A DNA stretch of 64,000 bases from Vicugna vicugna (taxonomy: Eukaryota), in assembly GCA_013265495.1 (NCBI GenBank), contig MU058345.1, positions 62,001-126,000 of the forward strand, read 5' to 3'. The notes under the pieces were generated by a model. The model searched no databases. It was given only the letters and a program-made list of their open reading frames with translations, and was not told the origin of the DNA. Position 1 is the stretch's first letter. Each line of letters opens with the position of its first letter. Position numbers and translations under genes: made by a program. This document shows positions 12,615 to 25,100 of this stretch, one piece after another.

Positions 12615-12845
12615 ACAGCTAGCATTTCCGGCTCACCGCGTGCCCAGCACTGGCTCTGAGAGCTCTGTGGATACTGACCCATTTCATCCTCACAACCATC
12701 CCATAAAGTAAGTATTATCATTATCTCTGTTTTCAGAGGAAGAAACCAAGGATTAGGGAGGGGAGGTAAATAAGCTGCCCGAGGTCAGGCAGAAAGTAAA
12801 GGGCAGACCCTGGATTAGGAGCCCCTCGGGCTGGTTTCTGTGCTT
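12615..12845 (-). mobile_element. MIR SINE
   Basis: gtgcccagcactggctctgagagctct...catttcatcctcacaaccatcccata...gttttcagaggaagaaaccaagg. Confidence 0.75.
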
Positions 12846-13364
12846 TCAACTACTCTGCCGCCTCTCTGATGGGCAGAGGGGTGCCAGCTTTTTCCTTGCC
12901 CTTGGGGAGCTCCAGACTGAAGGGACATGCATAGCCCTCGCCGTGAAGGAGCCCCAGGTTTGACAGGGGAGGCAGATATCCTGTCCTGGGGTGGGAAGAA
13001 GGTCTAGTCCCATGGAAAAAAAAAAAAAAAACACAACATCCTCCAGGAACATCAGCCTGATTCTGGGAACCCAGCCCCAGGATACCCCCAGTTTGATGAG
13101 AGTTATGTGATTAAACTCCAGTAGGCTTGGTTAATCCAATTAGACAGAATTGTGAACGTTAGTCTGAGAGTGATGAGAATGGAGGCAAGTGAGGAGAGCT
13201 TAATCAGGGTTCTCCCTGGAAGGAGGGGAGGGGGTGCTGGATCCGCACTAAGCAGGACTGCTGGTGGAGGGAGGGCGGTGCAGCATCTCACAGTGTGTGA
13301 GCTGGCTGAGGGCAGTGGCTGGGAAGTAGGGGCTTGCTTAGCTCAGTGAGCCTCATCCCTTGCC

Positions 13365-13500
13365 TCCCATCAGAATGACCTGGGGAGATGTTTTACATTC
13401 CTGATGCTTGGGGCTTCACCCCAGAACAATTAAGCTTTGGGAATGAGGCCAAGGCACTTTTTTTTTTTAAAGCCCCTCAGGAGGTTCTAATACACAGGTG
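13365..13500. mobile_element. MER5-like hAT-Charlie fragment
   Basis: catcagaatgacctggggagatgtttta...ttttaaagcccctcaggaggttctaatacacag. Confidence 0.6.
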
Positions 13501-13944
13501 GTATTGGGGTCCTGGCTGGAGTCGGGATCAATCTTAAGCTCTCAGATCTGGGATGTTGAGTGGTTTTTGTGCACAGGGTTCTGGAGAAGTGTGTTTTCTC
13601 TGAATGGGGCTGGAGAATTAGAGATTAAAGGGAGGGGGTAGGGGAAGGAAAGTTAAGGGACCAGGAGAGGGAGGTGAGATTACTGCTTTGGTTGTTAAGG
13701 ATGTGGAGAAATTAGGCTTCTCTGTTGCTACGGTTTCTAGGTAAAATAAGAGTAAAGCTTTGATAACCCAATCTCACTGAGAATCACCGTCCAACCTGAA
13801 TACCAGAAGCTGGAAGGTGAGCAAAAAGCACTCACTAAAGTAAGAATATTCTCTTCTCTTGCTTTGGACTTTTTCTTCTAAACATTTTCCTAAATCATAT
13901 CACCCTGAGCCTCCTTTCTATGTAGAATGAAAAGGAGAAAAGGC

Positions 13945-14390
13945 TGCCTCACTGATCTTCCAAGAACACCCCTACCCAGGGCCCTTGTACTTGCTGCCTC
14001 CACCTACCTGCTACATTATCCCCTCAGATGCTTGAACACCCAAGTCTCTCAATTCCTTCAGGTCTCTGCTTAAATGTCACTTTACCAGAGCAGCTTTCTC
14101 TGACTACCTGTAAGAGCAGAAATTCCTCCCTCCCACCGACTCCCTATTCATTGCATCCTGCTTTATTTGTCTCTCAAATGTGAACTTACTACAACCTGGT
14201 GTAGTTTCTATTTTTCTACTGCTTCTTCTTGCTCTCCAGAATGGAACACTCTGGGGGAGGGACTTAAACAAACAAACAAAAAAAGAAACAGAGAAAACTT
14301 TTTCATTGTTCTATCTCCAAGGCCTAGAATTGTGACTGGAACATAAACAGATGCTGAAGAAATATCTGCAGAAAGCATGATTAATGGATG
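13945..14390 (+). mobile_element. L2a-like 3' end
   Basis: agggcccttgtacttgctg...ttccttcaggtctctgcttaaatgtcac...tatctccaaggcctagaattgtgactggaacata...aaatatctg. Confidence 0.8.
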
Positions 14391-15539
14391 AGGAAAAGCC
14401 CTTACGTGTCTGCACATCGGTGTGTGGCTGTTTGTATGGATTTGCAATTCCATTCCTATTTCTCTGAGTTACTTATGTTCTTTATTTTTAAACTGTGTGT
14501 TTGCCTGTGCTGCATGTATTTTTGAATATAGGGAAGACCCTCTGGGTCTGTGCAGAATGTGCTTCTGAATATGAGTTTGTGTGTTTCTGTCTGTGCTCCT
14601 GTGTCCTCTGTATGCGAATGTGTCTGAACCATTCAGCCTGGCGTCAGGATCTGTGGAAGAAAGAGATGTTGTAACTGACTCATACCGGCAGAGGGCACCA
14701 GAGAGCCACGAGCCTTCACTCGGGGGAGGAAATCCAGAAATCTTAACGGGTAGTGTTAGGGACCCAAGAGACTTAGGATCTGAGAGGAAAGAAGTGGAGA
14801 CCTCTCTAGACCGATACAGCACGGTAAAGTTGTGCAATCCCTCTGCAATTGTTATGTCTCAACTCATTTCCTAGGACCCAGACCTCCAGGCACCCCCATC
14901 CAAGTGACCAGAAGCATCTGGTTAGGGGTTGGGATGGCAGCTGGTTGCCATGTTGGGCTTTTTAAGGAAGAGGAGACCCCTACTGAATGTCCTCATCACT
15001 CTTACCAGGAATTCCCTCCCTTCCCAGTACCTAGGTCTCTCAACCCCAAAGGATCTCAAATTCCATGGTGCTTGGAGATCCTTCTGTGGCTGCACTCTTG
15101 TGGCCTTTCAAAGAGTTGGCTACTTTCTCGTTCTGGATGGGTAGATAGATGCCCAGGATGAACAAAGGAAGGGTCAACGGCACCTCTCCCCAGCAGCTGA
15201 GGACACCAACTCAGCCGGACCCCACTGTGTGCTGGGTGAGGCCCCCCGGCAGGGGCTCCAGGATCGCCCACGAAACAGCTAGGATTCTTCAGCTCCGGGT
15301 TTTGTAGGAAGAGTATGTCCCTCTCCAACCCCAGCATTCATTAGTCAATTAAGAATTTCCAATTTGGGGAATCTGGGGGTTAGATCCTGGGTATAGAATT
15401 AACAAGGGGGGGAAAGGATTTTATACTTTTTGATTCCATGAACCACGGCCTGCCCACCCCCATCCCTCCCACACGCTTACACACACCTAAACACACACAC
15501 ACTCTTCCCCATCACAGTCATCCCCTGGGCTAAAGGCTG

Positions 15540-16830
15540 GTCCTTAGTCCATGCCCCGCCCCCCAATCCACTGCCTAGTTTCCTAGCCCGGGACCAGGGT
15601 TGTGTATGGAAATTGGAGGGAGGTGCGGGTGAGCCGGTCTCTGCCCCAGCGCCCGCGACTGTCACGTTCGTTACCCGTTTTGCCTTTGCCCTCCACCCCT
15701 TTCTCTCTGGGCTCCCTGTCCATCTCAGTTCCAGCGAGGGTTGTGTGTGTGCGCGCGCGCGCGGGGGGGTGGGGAGGAAGCAGGAGAAGCGGAGAGAAAG
15801 GGAGAGCAGAGATCCAGAGAGACTCAGAGAGAGAAAGCTAGAGGCGAGAAATAATCAAAGGGAGAGGGGGAGGAAAGAGACTGGGAGAGAGAGAGGGAGA
15901 GGGACGGGACTGGGAGGAGAGATAAAGAGAAGCGGAGGGAAGGGAAGTGAGTTTGTGCGCGCGAGTGAGTGTGCGTGTGCGTGTGAGTGTGCAGGGGCGG
16001 GCGCGGGCGGGCGGGGGGCGGGCTCCAGGGCTCCCCTCCTCCCCAGCCCGCTGCTCTCGCTCGCTCGCCAACTCCGGGCCCCAGCCGCGGGCGGGCGCAC
16101 GGCGGGCGGACAGCATGCTGAGCCTCCTCGTCTGGATCCTCACTCTCTCGGATACTTTCTCCCAAGGTAAGGCCCCCCCCCGCCCCGCACCGGGGCAGCG
16201 CTGGGGGGGCCCGGCGGCCCGCGGCCGGTCCCCGGGGTCGGGTGCCACGAGGCGGGGGCGGGGTCCCGGCGCGGAGCCTTGGGGGAGGGGGCGCGGAGGA
16301 GCGGGGGCTGGCGAGGAGGAGTTTTCCGTTGATCTGCCCAAGTTGTTTCCTCTGGCTGCGCGGGAGAACGGAGAATCCGGGCCGCGGGGGCCGGGGGTCG
16401 GAGTGAAAAGGGGATTCGAACGCTCAAAGTCCTTTCCGGAGCCTCTGGCAGCCCTACCGACCGCCAGCCTCTGAGGCCGGGAGTCCGGACGCCTGGGTCC
16501 TGGCCTGGGCCAGGCCGGGAAGGGGGTGGGGTTTCAGATTCTGGGGGTGGGAGGTGCGCGGAAAGCTGGGGACTCGGCTCGCGAAGAGGTAGCTGAGGGA
16601 ATCCCCGTACTCCATGCAGCCCAGCCCCTCGAGGGGCTGAGTCTGAGCCTCGGCTCCAGACTGCCTGGGGCTGCCCCCTCTGAGCGAAGGGAGGGGTGCC
16701 TCGGGGCCCCTGGTGGGGATTTGAACCCCTGCCCGCGGAGGCTCGGGGCCGGGAGTGGAGTTCCAAAGGCAGCTCCGGACCCGCTGGATCTGGAAGGGGG
16801 CACTTGCGGGGGGCGGGGGAGCTAACACCC
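15540..16830 (+). promoter_or_regulatory. KIRREL1: KIRREL1 CpG-island promoter, 5' UTR and start of intron 1
   Basis: Dense CpG and high GC around exon 1, GC box (CCCCGCCCC near 15554), no obvious TATA box, ATG-free leader. The exact TSS cannot be read from sequence. Confidence 0.88.
16115..16166 (+). CDS. KIRREL1: KIRREL1 (NEPH1, kirre-like nephrin family adhesion molecule 1) coding exon 1, signal peptide; 52 nt, phase-1 intron follows
   Basis: ATG at 16115 (context gacagcATGc, A at -3) reads MLSLLVWILTLSDTFSQ plus the first base of G, matching the human KIRREL1 N-terminus as recalled. It ends at a strong donor CAAG|GTAAGG (16166/16167) and lies in a CpG island. Confidence 0.96.
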
Positions 16831-17348
16831 CACTTGGGGTCAGGAAAGTGTTGATGTCCAGGGCTTATTCGGAACTGGCAGGGGAGAGGCTGGAAGATGG
16901 AGGGAAAGGTTAAGAGAGAATTGTTAATGTATCCTGTGGCAGGGCTGGGGGGGACAGTGGGACTGAAGAAATCAAAGGCCCAGACTCCACCACGCCTGGG
17001 GTCTGTGGCAGTGGATTCTCCCTCGCCCCCTGGGTCTGACTCTAAGGAAGATTTAATCCTGCTGAGCTAGCTCCCCCCACCCTCTAAAATGGAGCTGACA
17101 CACAGAAATTGACACACAAACACCAAAAAGCAGTCACAGACATTGAGACAGACTATTCACCTACTGAGACAGACATACCCGCGAGCATCCCCGCACGGAG
17201 ACAGACACATATACACAAAGACACTGACACATCTGAGGAAGACAGATTCCTCCCCCGTATCGGCACATTCTTGCACATTCGTGCACCCAGACACACGAGA
17301 ACTCACAGACACCGTACATGTATGCGGGCGGGCATGTACAAGGACACA

Positions 17349-17373
17349 ACACACACACACACACACACACACA
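17349..17373. repeat. (AC)n microsatellite within a degenerate CA-rich tract (~17090-17450)
   Basis: Read directly from the sequence. Confidence 0.95.
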
Positions 17374-19070
17374 GAAAGCCTTGTACAGATACCAACCCTC
17401 CAGCAAACAAAGAAACTTGAACATTCATTCATATAGGCAGACACCTATGGAGATGTATGGACTGCAAAATGGAGGAGGTGGTCTCCTTTTGGGGTGGTGG
17501 TGGGGAAATCTGGGAAGAGGGAAGACAGCTGGGACAGAGCGCCCTCAGGCATTGCCCTGCTCTCTGTTGCCTTCCTGGGCTGGTGGGTGTGTGTTTACGG
17601 GTGGGGTGTGATGCTGGTCCCCTCCTCTCTCCTTGCTAAGCCCCTCCCAGGCTCTGAAGCCAAAGCCAGGCTGAGTTGGTGGGGGTGGGTCTTGATCCAT
17701 CATTCCTCGTAGGGCACCCGCCCCACCTCAAACACACACACTTAAGATATGGGAAGGGCGCGCATCCTTGGTGTGAGTGGAGTGGGAAGTGGTGCTAGGG
17801 AAAGGGAGGCCTGGCCCTGGGGTTGGCAGGCCAAGCCAGCCAGTTGGCAGAAAGTTGGGAAGAAGACTCAAGTTCTGACTTTGTTCAGCCAGGCTGCTGG
17901 AGAAAGGGGGGAGGGGGAGGGGCCTCGGTGGTGGGGGGAGGGGGCAGCTGGGTCAGCATTGGTCTGCGTCTGCGTCTGCCCCTTTCCCGCAGCCCTAGCA
18001 GGTCAGCAACATGGATACGAACAAGCTTCAAGAAACAAAAGCTGCAGTTAGCAAACAGGAGAGACATGTGGATTGAATCGGGACAGGACTGGTCGGAGAG
18101 AAGTGTGTTATGTGTCTTTCTCCCTTTGGAAAGGGGGAGGGGTTAAGAAGGGTTAGCTGAGCTCCCATCTCCCATCGCCCAGCAGGGGTGAAAGCAAGAC
18201 CTGAAGAAACTGTGCAAAAGTATTTGGGGTGGGGGGAGGGGATACCACAGGGGAAAAGGGGGAGGGAACAGACAAGAGGGGAGAGGAAATCACTCCTGAG
18301 GGTGCCTGGCAAGGACTGGGAGGAGGCAGGGTGGGAAGGAGTCGGGGTCCAGGGAGGCTGGGACACTCACAGGGTTGGGGAGGAGGCGGTAGGAGCCCCC
18401 TCCTCAGCCTCCATCCTTAGAATGAAAGAGTCCCGCCTCAGGGCTGGGGGCAGTGAGAGGAGACAGATGGGGGCATGCCATGAGGGATGGTGGCAGGGAA
18501 ATGGGGAGAAGGTGGGAGGAGAAGGCAGTCGAATTGAGGGGAGCAGAGAAGAGAGGGGAGGGGGATGTTCAGCCTAGGCAGTGAAATAAAAATCGCATTT
18601 TAAAGAATTTCAATGGGCTTCATCAATCTTCATTTTTCACTAAATAATTTTCTGTATCTTATCTAAATGAAAACCATTATCCTTCCCCCCGTTTCCATCA
18701 TGCGCTGGCTCCTCAGACTGATTGCGCCGAAAATTGAAATATTTATTCATTTTCTGGGAGATTTTCTCGCTCCCCAGTCTCAGGGAGGAGAAATTGAAAA
18801 AGAAAGATTATAGCTAATCAGAGCAATGTGGGATGACAGGCCGGCTCAGGGTGGGAGCTGCCTCCAGGGGAGGGAAATCTGTCCCTTCAGCCCCCAGAGG
18901 TCCCCTCAGCATCCCTGCCACTGCTTGGCAGGGCGGTGAGGAGTAAAGGGAAGAGGCCCCAGGGCCTCCTAAATCCCCAGTATTCAACTGCCTGCGTGCA
19001 GCTACATCCTGGCAGAGAACAGGAGTCGGGAAAGAAGAGTAGCTGGGAATGGACTCTCCCCTCCCCGAGC

Positions 19071-19089
19071 CACACACACATGCACGCAC

Positions 19090-19125
<36 letters not shown>

Positions 19126-19134
19126 GCGCGCGCC

Positions 19135-19167
<33 letters not shown>
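19071..19167. repeat. Compound (CA)n/(CG)n microsatellite
   Basis: About 97 bp of almost uninterrupted purine-pyrimidine alternation. Confidence 0.95.
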
Positions 19168-19169
<2 letters not shown>

Positions 19170-19724
19170 CAGATGTCCCACCCTCCCAGCCCAGAGCAGG
19201 GTCTTGTTTGGGGAAGGGGCATGGGGAAACATGGCAAAAAGCAGGACACCAGGTCCCTCTCCTGGGCCTTGACTGGACTCTGTCTTCTACTCAGACCTAG
19301 AAGGAGGGCGTGAACCCAGTATTCAGTGCTTGGCATTACCTCTGGCTACGTCCCTGGACCCCAGAAGACCCAGGACCAAGAGGAGGAGGCAGAAGAGGCC
19401 TCCAGGCCTTCCCACCTTCTGCTGGCTACCCTGGCTGCATGGCTGCTTGTCTTGCTCTGCCTTTGGTTCTCTGGTCCCTTGGTGATGAGGAAACCCAGCC
19501 TTGTCCCTGGTTCTCACCTCCGGGACTTGAGAACTGAGTGCTCTGATGGAAACTCCTGTGGACCCTCTTTATATTCTCGGGGACCGAGTCTTAATTTCCC
19601 TTTAATCCTTTAGTTTCTGACACAGTGCTGCGTGCGTGGTAAGTGTCCTTAAATATCTGATCAATTGATTGATTTGATGAGAGTGCTACGATGTTGGAAG
19701 GAGGCAGTATTAAATGGTGCTTAA

Positions 19725-19955
19725 ATCAGACTCCCGTCCAGCTCCCTAACCAAACCCACTCCCCACCTTGGCCACTGTGTAGTGGTGTCAGCTTCAACAA
19801 GGGATGTGCCTTCTCTATGCCTCATTCACTCATCTGTAACTTAAGGATAGAAACAACATTTTATAGGGTGGTGATGGCAGTAAGATCTGTTAATCCATGT
19901 CAGGTGCATGGAACAGCGTCTGGCACAGAGGGAAGTGCTCAGTAAATGCTTCTGT
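19725..19955 (+). mobile_element. MIR SINE
   Basis: cttctctatgcctcattcactcatctgtaac...catggaacagcgtctggcacagagggaagtgctcagtaaatg. Confidence 0.75.
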
Positions 19956-20299
19956 TAGGACTTCCTGGCTGGACATGAATGGATAGGTAGCCAAGTTGTC
20001 TGCCTTTTTCCCATCTCCTTCTTACAATTCTCTTTCGGTTTTCTCGCTCCAGCTGCCCGGATTCTTGGTCCTGGGATTCAGCGCCTCTGCTTGGTGTCTC
20101 TCATGGAGAGAACCTGGTAGTGGCGGGCCCAGAAGGGGAAGCTGCCCAGTCTCCCCAGGTTGGAGACCTCGGGAAAGGTCTGGGGAAGGGGAGAGCCAAG
20201 TGGAAGAGGTTGGCATTCGAGGGGGAAGGAGCCAGGGCTCTTGTGAGAAATGAGAGCCACTAGCCTTGAGGTGGCTGCATTCCGTCTGGAAATAATACA

Positions 20300-20470
20300 G
20301 ATCATTTATTGAGCCCTCGTGCTAACGACTTTATATACATTATCTAATTTAATCTGTACAGCAACCTCCTGAGATCGGCTCTCTAATTATCCCCATCTCA
20401 TGGATGAGAAGTCGAGGTTTAGACAGGTCAATTATCTCCACGATAGTAGGGGAACCAGCCAACCTCAGAT
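20300..20470 (-). mobile_element. MIR SINE
   Basis: catttattgagc...cattatctaatttaatc...attatccccatctcatggatgagaag. Confidence 0.7.
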
Positions 20471-21955
20471 CCTGGCCGCCCCCCTCCCTTTGCCTGGCAT
20501 CCCTCCGGCCAGCAGCACCAATGCTGGGCCAGGCCAGGGTCTTTCCAGGTCCAGAGCCGAAGGAGAATTAAGGAGAAAGGAATGAGTGCTCATAAAAGTA
20601 AACTCACTCAAATTTTAAAAATCTGCCCTTTATTCTGAGGTTCTGTCCTTCTACCTTTTGGGGTGTTCAATGGTTTTTCTTTGATGATACAACACTGCCC
20701 TCAAATGACTTTGTAAAAAAAGTGCTTTCCTGGGCAAATCAAAAGGTTTGCAAGCGTGTGTGTGTTTCTAAGATTCTGCACAGCCTTACGGGTCCACGAG
20801 CTGCAGACTTGGGAACTCCCCCTGTACCGTTCGAGGCTGACTCCGGGAGAATCAGGCAGAGGAGAGGAGTGGAGTATTGAGTCGGGGGTGGTGGGCGGCG
20901 GTAGGGCGTATGGTTCTGGGGAGAAAACCAAGACAGTCAACTCCCAGTCCAGTCCAGTCCCTGGCTGGGGTCCTGAGTGGCCTATTCCAGTTGCTTTGGG
21001 AGGCCCTGCCTGCCCTAGGGTAGGAAGAGCGATTGTAGCCAGTGGGCTCCCTACCAAAGCATTAAAGTGATTTCTTACTGAGTTCCTACTGTGTGTTCAC
21101 CACGTTCATTATGCTCCATTTCTTTCGACGATGACCTTGTAAAGGTAACGTTACCCCCATTTTATAGATGAGGAAACCAAGGCTGAGTTTAATTAAGTTG
21201 CTCGAGGCCGTACCTGGGCTGTTAGATCCCTGATTTAAACTCGTTGTCTCACTACAAAGCCTGCACTGCCAGGCAGCCTCCCCACAGAGCTACGTGCACT
21301 TCAGTGTCTCCCTTAAGCTGAGGCAGCTCTGGAGGGGAGAAGAGGCCTTCCTTCTCTTCCCCACGCTGACAGGCTCCTTCTGGTACCTCGCCCAGCCTCC
21401 CCCCCAGGGCTCAGCTCTTACAGCTAGCCCACATCCATCGTGCTGCCTGGCTTTGATGATCATCTGGTTTATTCAGTAGGGGTGGTAATGGTAACTACGG
21501 CTCCTCATGTCAGGAGAAGGAGGTCTGTGATGCCTCAACCCCCTTTCTTCCCACCTGTAAAGCCTTTTTAACTTTGTGTAGTGCTTTGCAGTTTTAACAA
21601 CTTTTTTGCACGTACAGTCTCATTTGATAGATTATGATCACCCTATGATGTGGGCAGGGCAATTATTATTATTTCTCCATTTCACAGATGAGAAAACAGA
21701 GTCCTAGGGAGTTGAAATAACTTGCTAAAGTGTGAAAGTTGGGCTGGAGGGAGGGGGAAGGCAGCAAATTCCTCCATCACCCCAATTTTGGGGGGCTGTT
21801 TCCAGGTGATGGTAGGGAAGTTCCTCTCTGTGCATCCAGAGAAGGCTGTGTCCCTTCCCGACCTACCAGCTCCTGCCAGGTTTCTTCTCAGAGCCTCCAG
21901 GCCACTTTTCTTGGCCATGTCCTGGAGGGTGCTTTGACCTGGAAAGGGTTAGGTG

Positions 21956-22100
21956 ACGGGGACATAGCTCAGTGGTAGAGTGCGTGCTTAGCATGCACGA
22001 GGTCCTGGGTTCAATTTCCTAGTACCTTCATTTAAAAAAATAATAAATAAATAAACTTAATTCCTGCCCCCAAAATAAAAATAAAATAGTTTTTTTTTAA
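21956..22100 (+). mobile_element. tRNA-Ala-derived SINE (camelid Vic-1-like)
   Basis: atagctcagtggtagagtgcgtgcttagcatgcacgaggtcctgggttcaat (A box, AGC anticodon, B box) plus tail aaataaataaacttaatt...ccccaaaataaaa. Confidence 0.9.
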
Positions 22101-25100
22101 ATGTTAAGAAAACGGGCTGGGGATGTGGGGGGCAGCACTAGTCAGCAGTAGAGGAAAAAGAGGCCACTATGTCCTCAATCCTGAAATACAATGCCAAGGA
22201 GAGGCAGTCTCAGGAGTCAGGAAAGAGAATGAATTCACTCCAAGTGAGAGAAGGCCATTCACTTTTGTAGGGACCCCCTTTGTGTTTTGCATGTATTAGG
22301 AGCTCATTTAATACCAGCAGTAATCTGTTAAAGGTAGGCGTTATCTCCATTTTGCGGGTGGACAAAGACCCAAAGAAGTTAAGCAGATTGTCCAACATGC
22401 TACATCTCAGGACTGACAGAGCCAGGACTAGAACCCAGGCAGGGAAGTTGGCGTGGGGTTCAGGAATGACTCCCCAGAGGAAGCCCCTGGAGACCGGCAT
22501 GTCTGCCTCTTCTACCTGACCGCTGCCGGTGAGTCCCACCGTGCAGAGTGTGCGCCCACATTCACGTGCAGATTCACACGTGGCCTCACGCGCACTTGCA
22601 TGTGCGCCATGTCTCACCCCCATCATCTACAGACAGAAATCTCTGTCTTTACCCAGTCCTTCCATTCACCAGATTGACACTGCCAGCTTTTTGTGTCCCA
22701 TCCCCCTTCCAGCTATGGCAGCCATCCTTTGAAGAGTCTTTGAAGGCACTTCTTTTTGTCTCGTCTTGGGTGCTCTGCAGATGCACACGCTATAAGGTTA
22801 AGAAAGTTAGAACCCTTGGCTTCCCCATCCTGTGACTCTGGTCCCTTTTCATCCTGCAGCCCCAGCTCTTAACACCTTCTTACCACTGATTCACAGACAA
22901 TGCAACCTGATTAAGTTCTTTGAGCTCCCAGAATGAAAACTGTTTTAGCTCTCAGACATTGCCGAAGATCACATTTTTCTTTTTTTTTTCCATCCCACTG
23001 TCTCTGCGCCACCACCCTCCTCCCCCATCAGCTCTCTCCAAGCTCCCAGTTTCTCCCTCCCTCCACATGTAATTTCTCCAGCAACTTTTATTAACCTCTA
23101 GTCTCTGGGAGCTGAAGCCTCATTCCTCTCTGCCCTCCTTGAGTCCATTTAACAAAATTGGGATCATATTGAAATAAATGGGCCTTGTAGCCAGCCAACC
23201 TCCTGAGGATTAAGGGTCTTAAATCCAGGGTGGAACTCTCCAGCACTCCCTAGCAAATTCCATTAGTTTCCCAGGAGATAATGCACTGCTTCATTCCTCT
23301 GGGGACCTGGCTCTGGGAAGGTGATGGGAGAATCTCCCAGAAGGCCATGCGCACTGAATTTTGAGGCAGAGAAGGGACACCAGGGACCTGAATCCTTGCT
23401 GTGTGCCTGCAGGGCAGTCCCAGGAAGCTGTCCTTCTCCAGACCCGACTAGGAATCATGCATTCTTCTTCTGGACTGGCCCTGTGATGCTTTTCTTCTCT
23501 GCCCTTTATTTCCTCCTGAAGCAATTTGAGGAGTATGTCCTCCCTGGAAGATGTGTGGGAAGAGAGGAGGGACTCAGTTCCTTTATCCAGCAGAAATGGG
23601 CTGTGTGCTTACTACGTGCCAGGCTCCAGTGTTACAAAATGAATGAAATACGGTGCCTCCCTTTAAGGGTCTTGCTTTGTGATTTAGGTGCAAATTATTT
23701 AACTTCAGTAAGTCTCGGTTTACTCTGCCATAAAATGGGGAGAATTAATGTTTTTCAAATCAGCAAATGTATATTACTATATATAAAGCATTCTGGTAGG
23801 CATAGTGGGGGATAAAAAACCCCACAAAACCCCGACATCATAAAGTCCCTTCTCTCCAAGAAGCTAAGATGCGCATATATGTGCAAAGATTCCGGGTAAT
23901 GCTAGGCAGGGCATAGTCGGTGTCAGCAGAGCAGTGTGCGCAGTCAGAGCTGGGGAGTTAGCTGTGGGCTGAAGAGGCCAGGAAAGGCTCCATGGAGGAA
24001 GTGGGTCTAAGGATGGACAGGATGTGGATGTGGCAGGAAGAGGGAGAGCATTACCAGACCGGCTGAACTTCCTGAGTCAAGGTGTGGCTGCCAGAATGTG
24101 CAGGGCACGGTGAGGTTGGTGTAGCGGAGGATTTGGGTCAGGGAGAAATTACGGAGGTGATCCAGGACAGTAGACAGGGGCCTCGAAAAGCCAGGCCAGA
24201 GGCTGTCCTGCAAGAAGTGGGGAGCCAGGGGTTTCTGTTTTTGAAGGAAAGAAAATGTGTGATCCCTACCTCATTCCTCATCAAACCCTCCCCTCCTCTT
24301 AAGCGCTTCATCTGCTAGACTGCTGTAGAGATTTGCAACCCCTTCAATTGAAAAAAAAATGGTGAAATAGGCAGATAATCAAGGTTTGACCAGGCAGAAG
24401 GGAGCAGAGAACCTTAGAGAAATAGCAGATTCTGCCTTGGGAAGTCTCCGATCTGTGACCTGAGTTGGGGAGGCTTTGGAATAATGAGAAGATCTTTTTC
24501 CTCTGAGAATTTTCAGGTATAAGATAAAGATGCCCGGAGGCAGAGTTCAACAGAGATAAGGAAGGGGCGAGCCCTGCAGCTTGGTGGATACCTAGGCTCT
24601 GACAATTGTTCCCCCGGAGCCTAGGCTGGGTCTGCACTGCCCGGAGTCTGGGGGAACCACCTCGTTCCATCAGAGGGCCAGCCGGGATTTAGCCCCGTGG
24701 GATCAGCCCTGGGCTGTTTGCTCTGGTCCTCTGGTCAGTGGCCAGAGATGTGCCTGCACTTGGGGGCTAAGCTTAGAGAGTCTGAAAACCTCTGCAAGGA
24801 AGTGATCTCTGGTTTTTCAAATGGAAACCCTTTAGAAGATTCCCACCAGGGGGGTGAGAGCCTGTGTCCAAACTAAGCCAGTGTGCTTTTAATCGCTGGA
24901 CAGGGCCGGGCACTCAGCTAGGCACCAGGATACAAAGGTAAATGAAATTTAGTCCCTGTCCTTGAGGCAGTCTCAGGCGGGTGTGGGAGATGGATGTATA
25001 AACACATATCGACAAGGCTGTAAGATAAACGTTGGGAGAGAGGTATGTGAAAAATGCTGAAGTCTGACTGTCCGTGAGGGGGGAGTGGAGGAGGCAGCCT

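Noticed and set aside
15947..16114. GTG-initiated in-frame N-terminal extension of KIRREL1
   Set aside because: The frame is open back to TAA 15923, but this is expected in GC-rich sequence; the ATG has A at -3 and directly begins the signal peptide. Ribosome profiling would be needed.
16167..16474. Read-through of exon 1 into a 175-aa ORF
   Set aside because: A consensus donor (AG|GTAAGG) sits exactly where similarity to KIRREL1 ends.
21956..22030. Functional tRNA-Ala(AGC) genes (also at 52236, 57350, 6503)
   Set aside because: The copies have mismatched stems, truncation or deletion, shared A-rich SINE tails and, in one case, a clear TSD. They are tRNA-derived SINEs.
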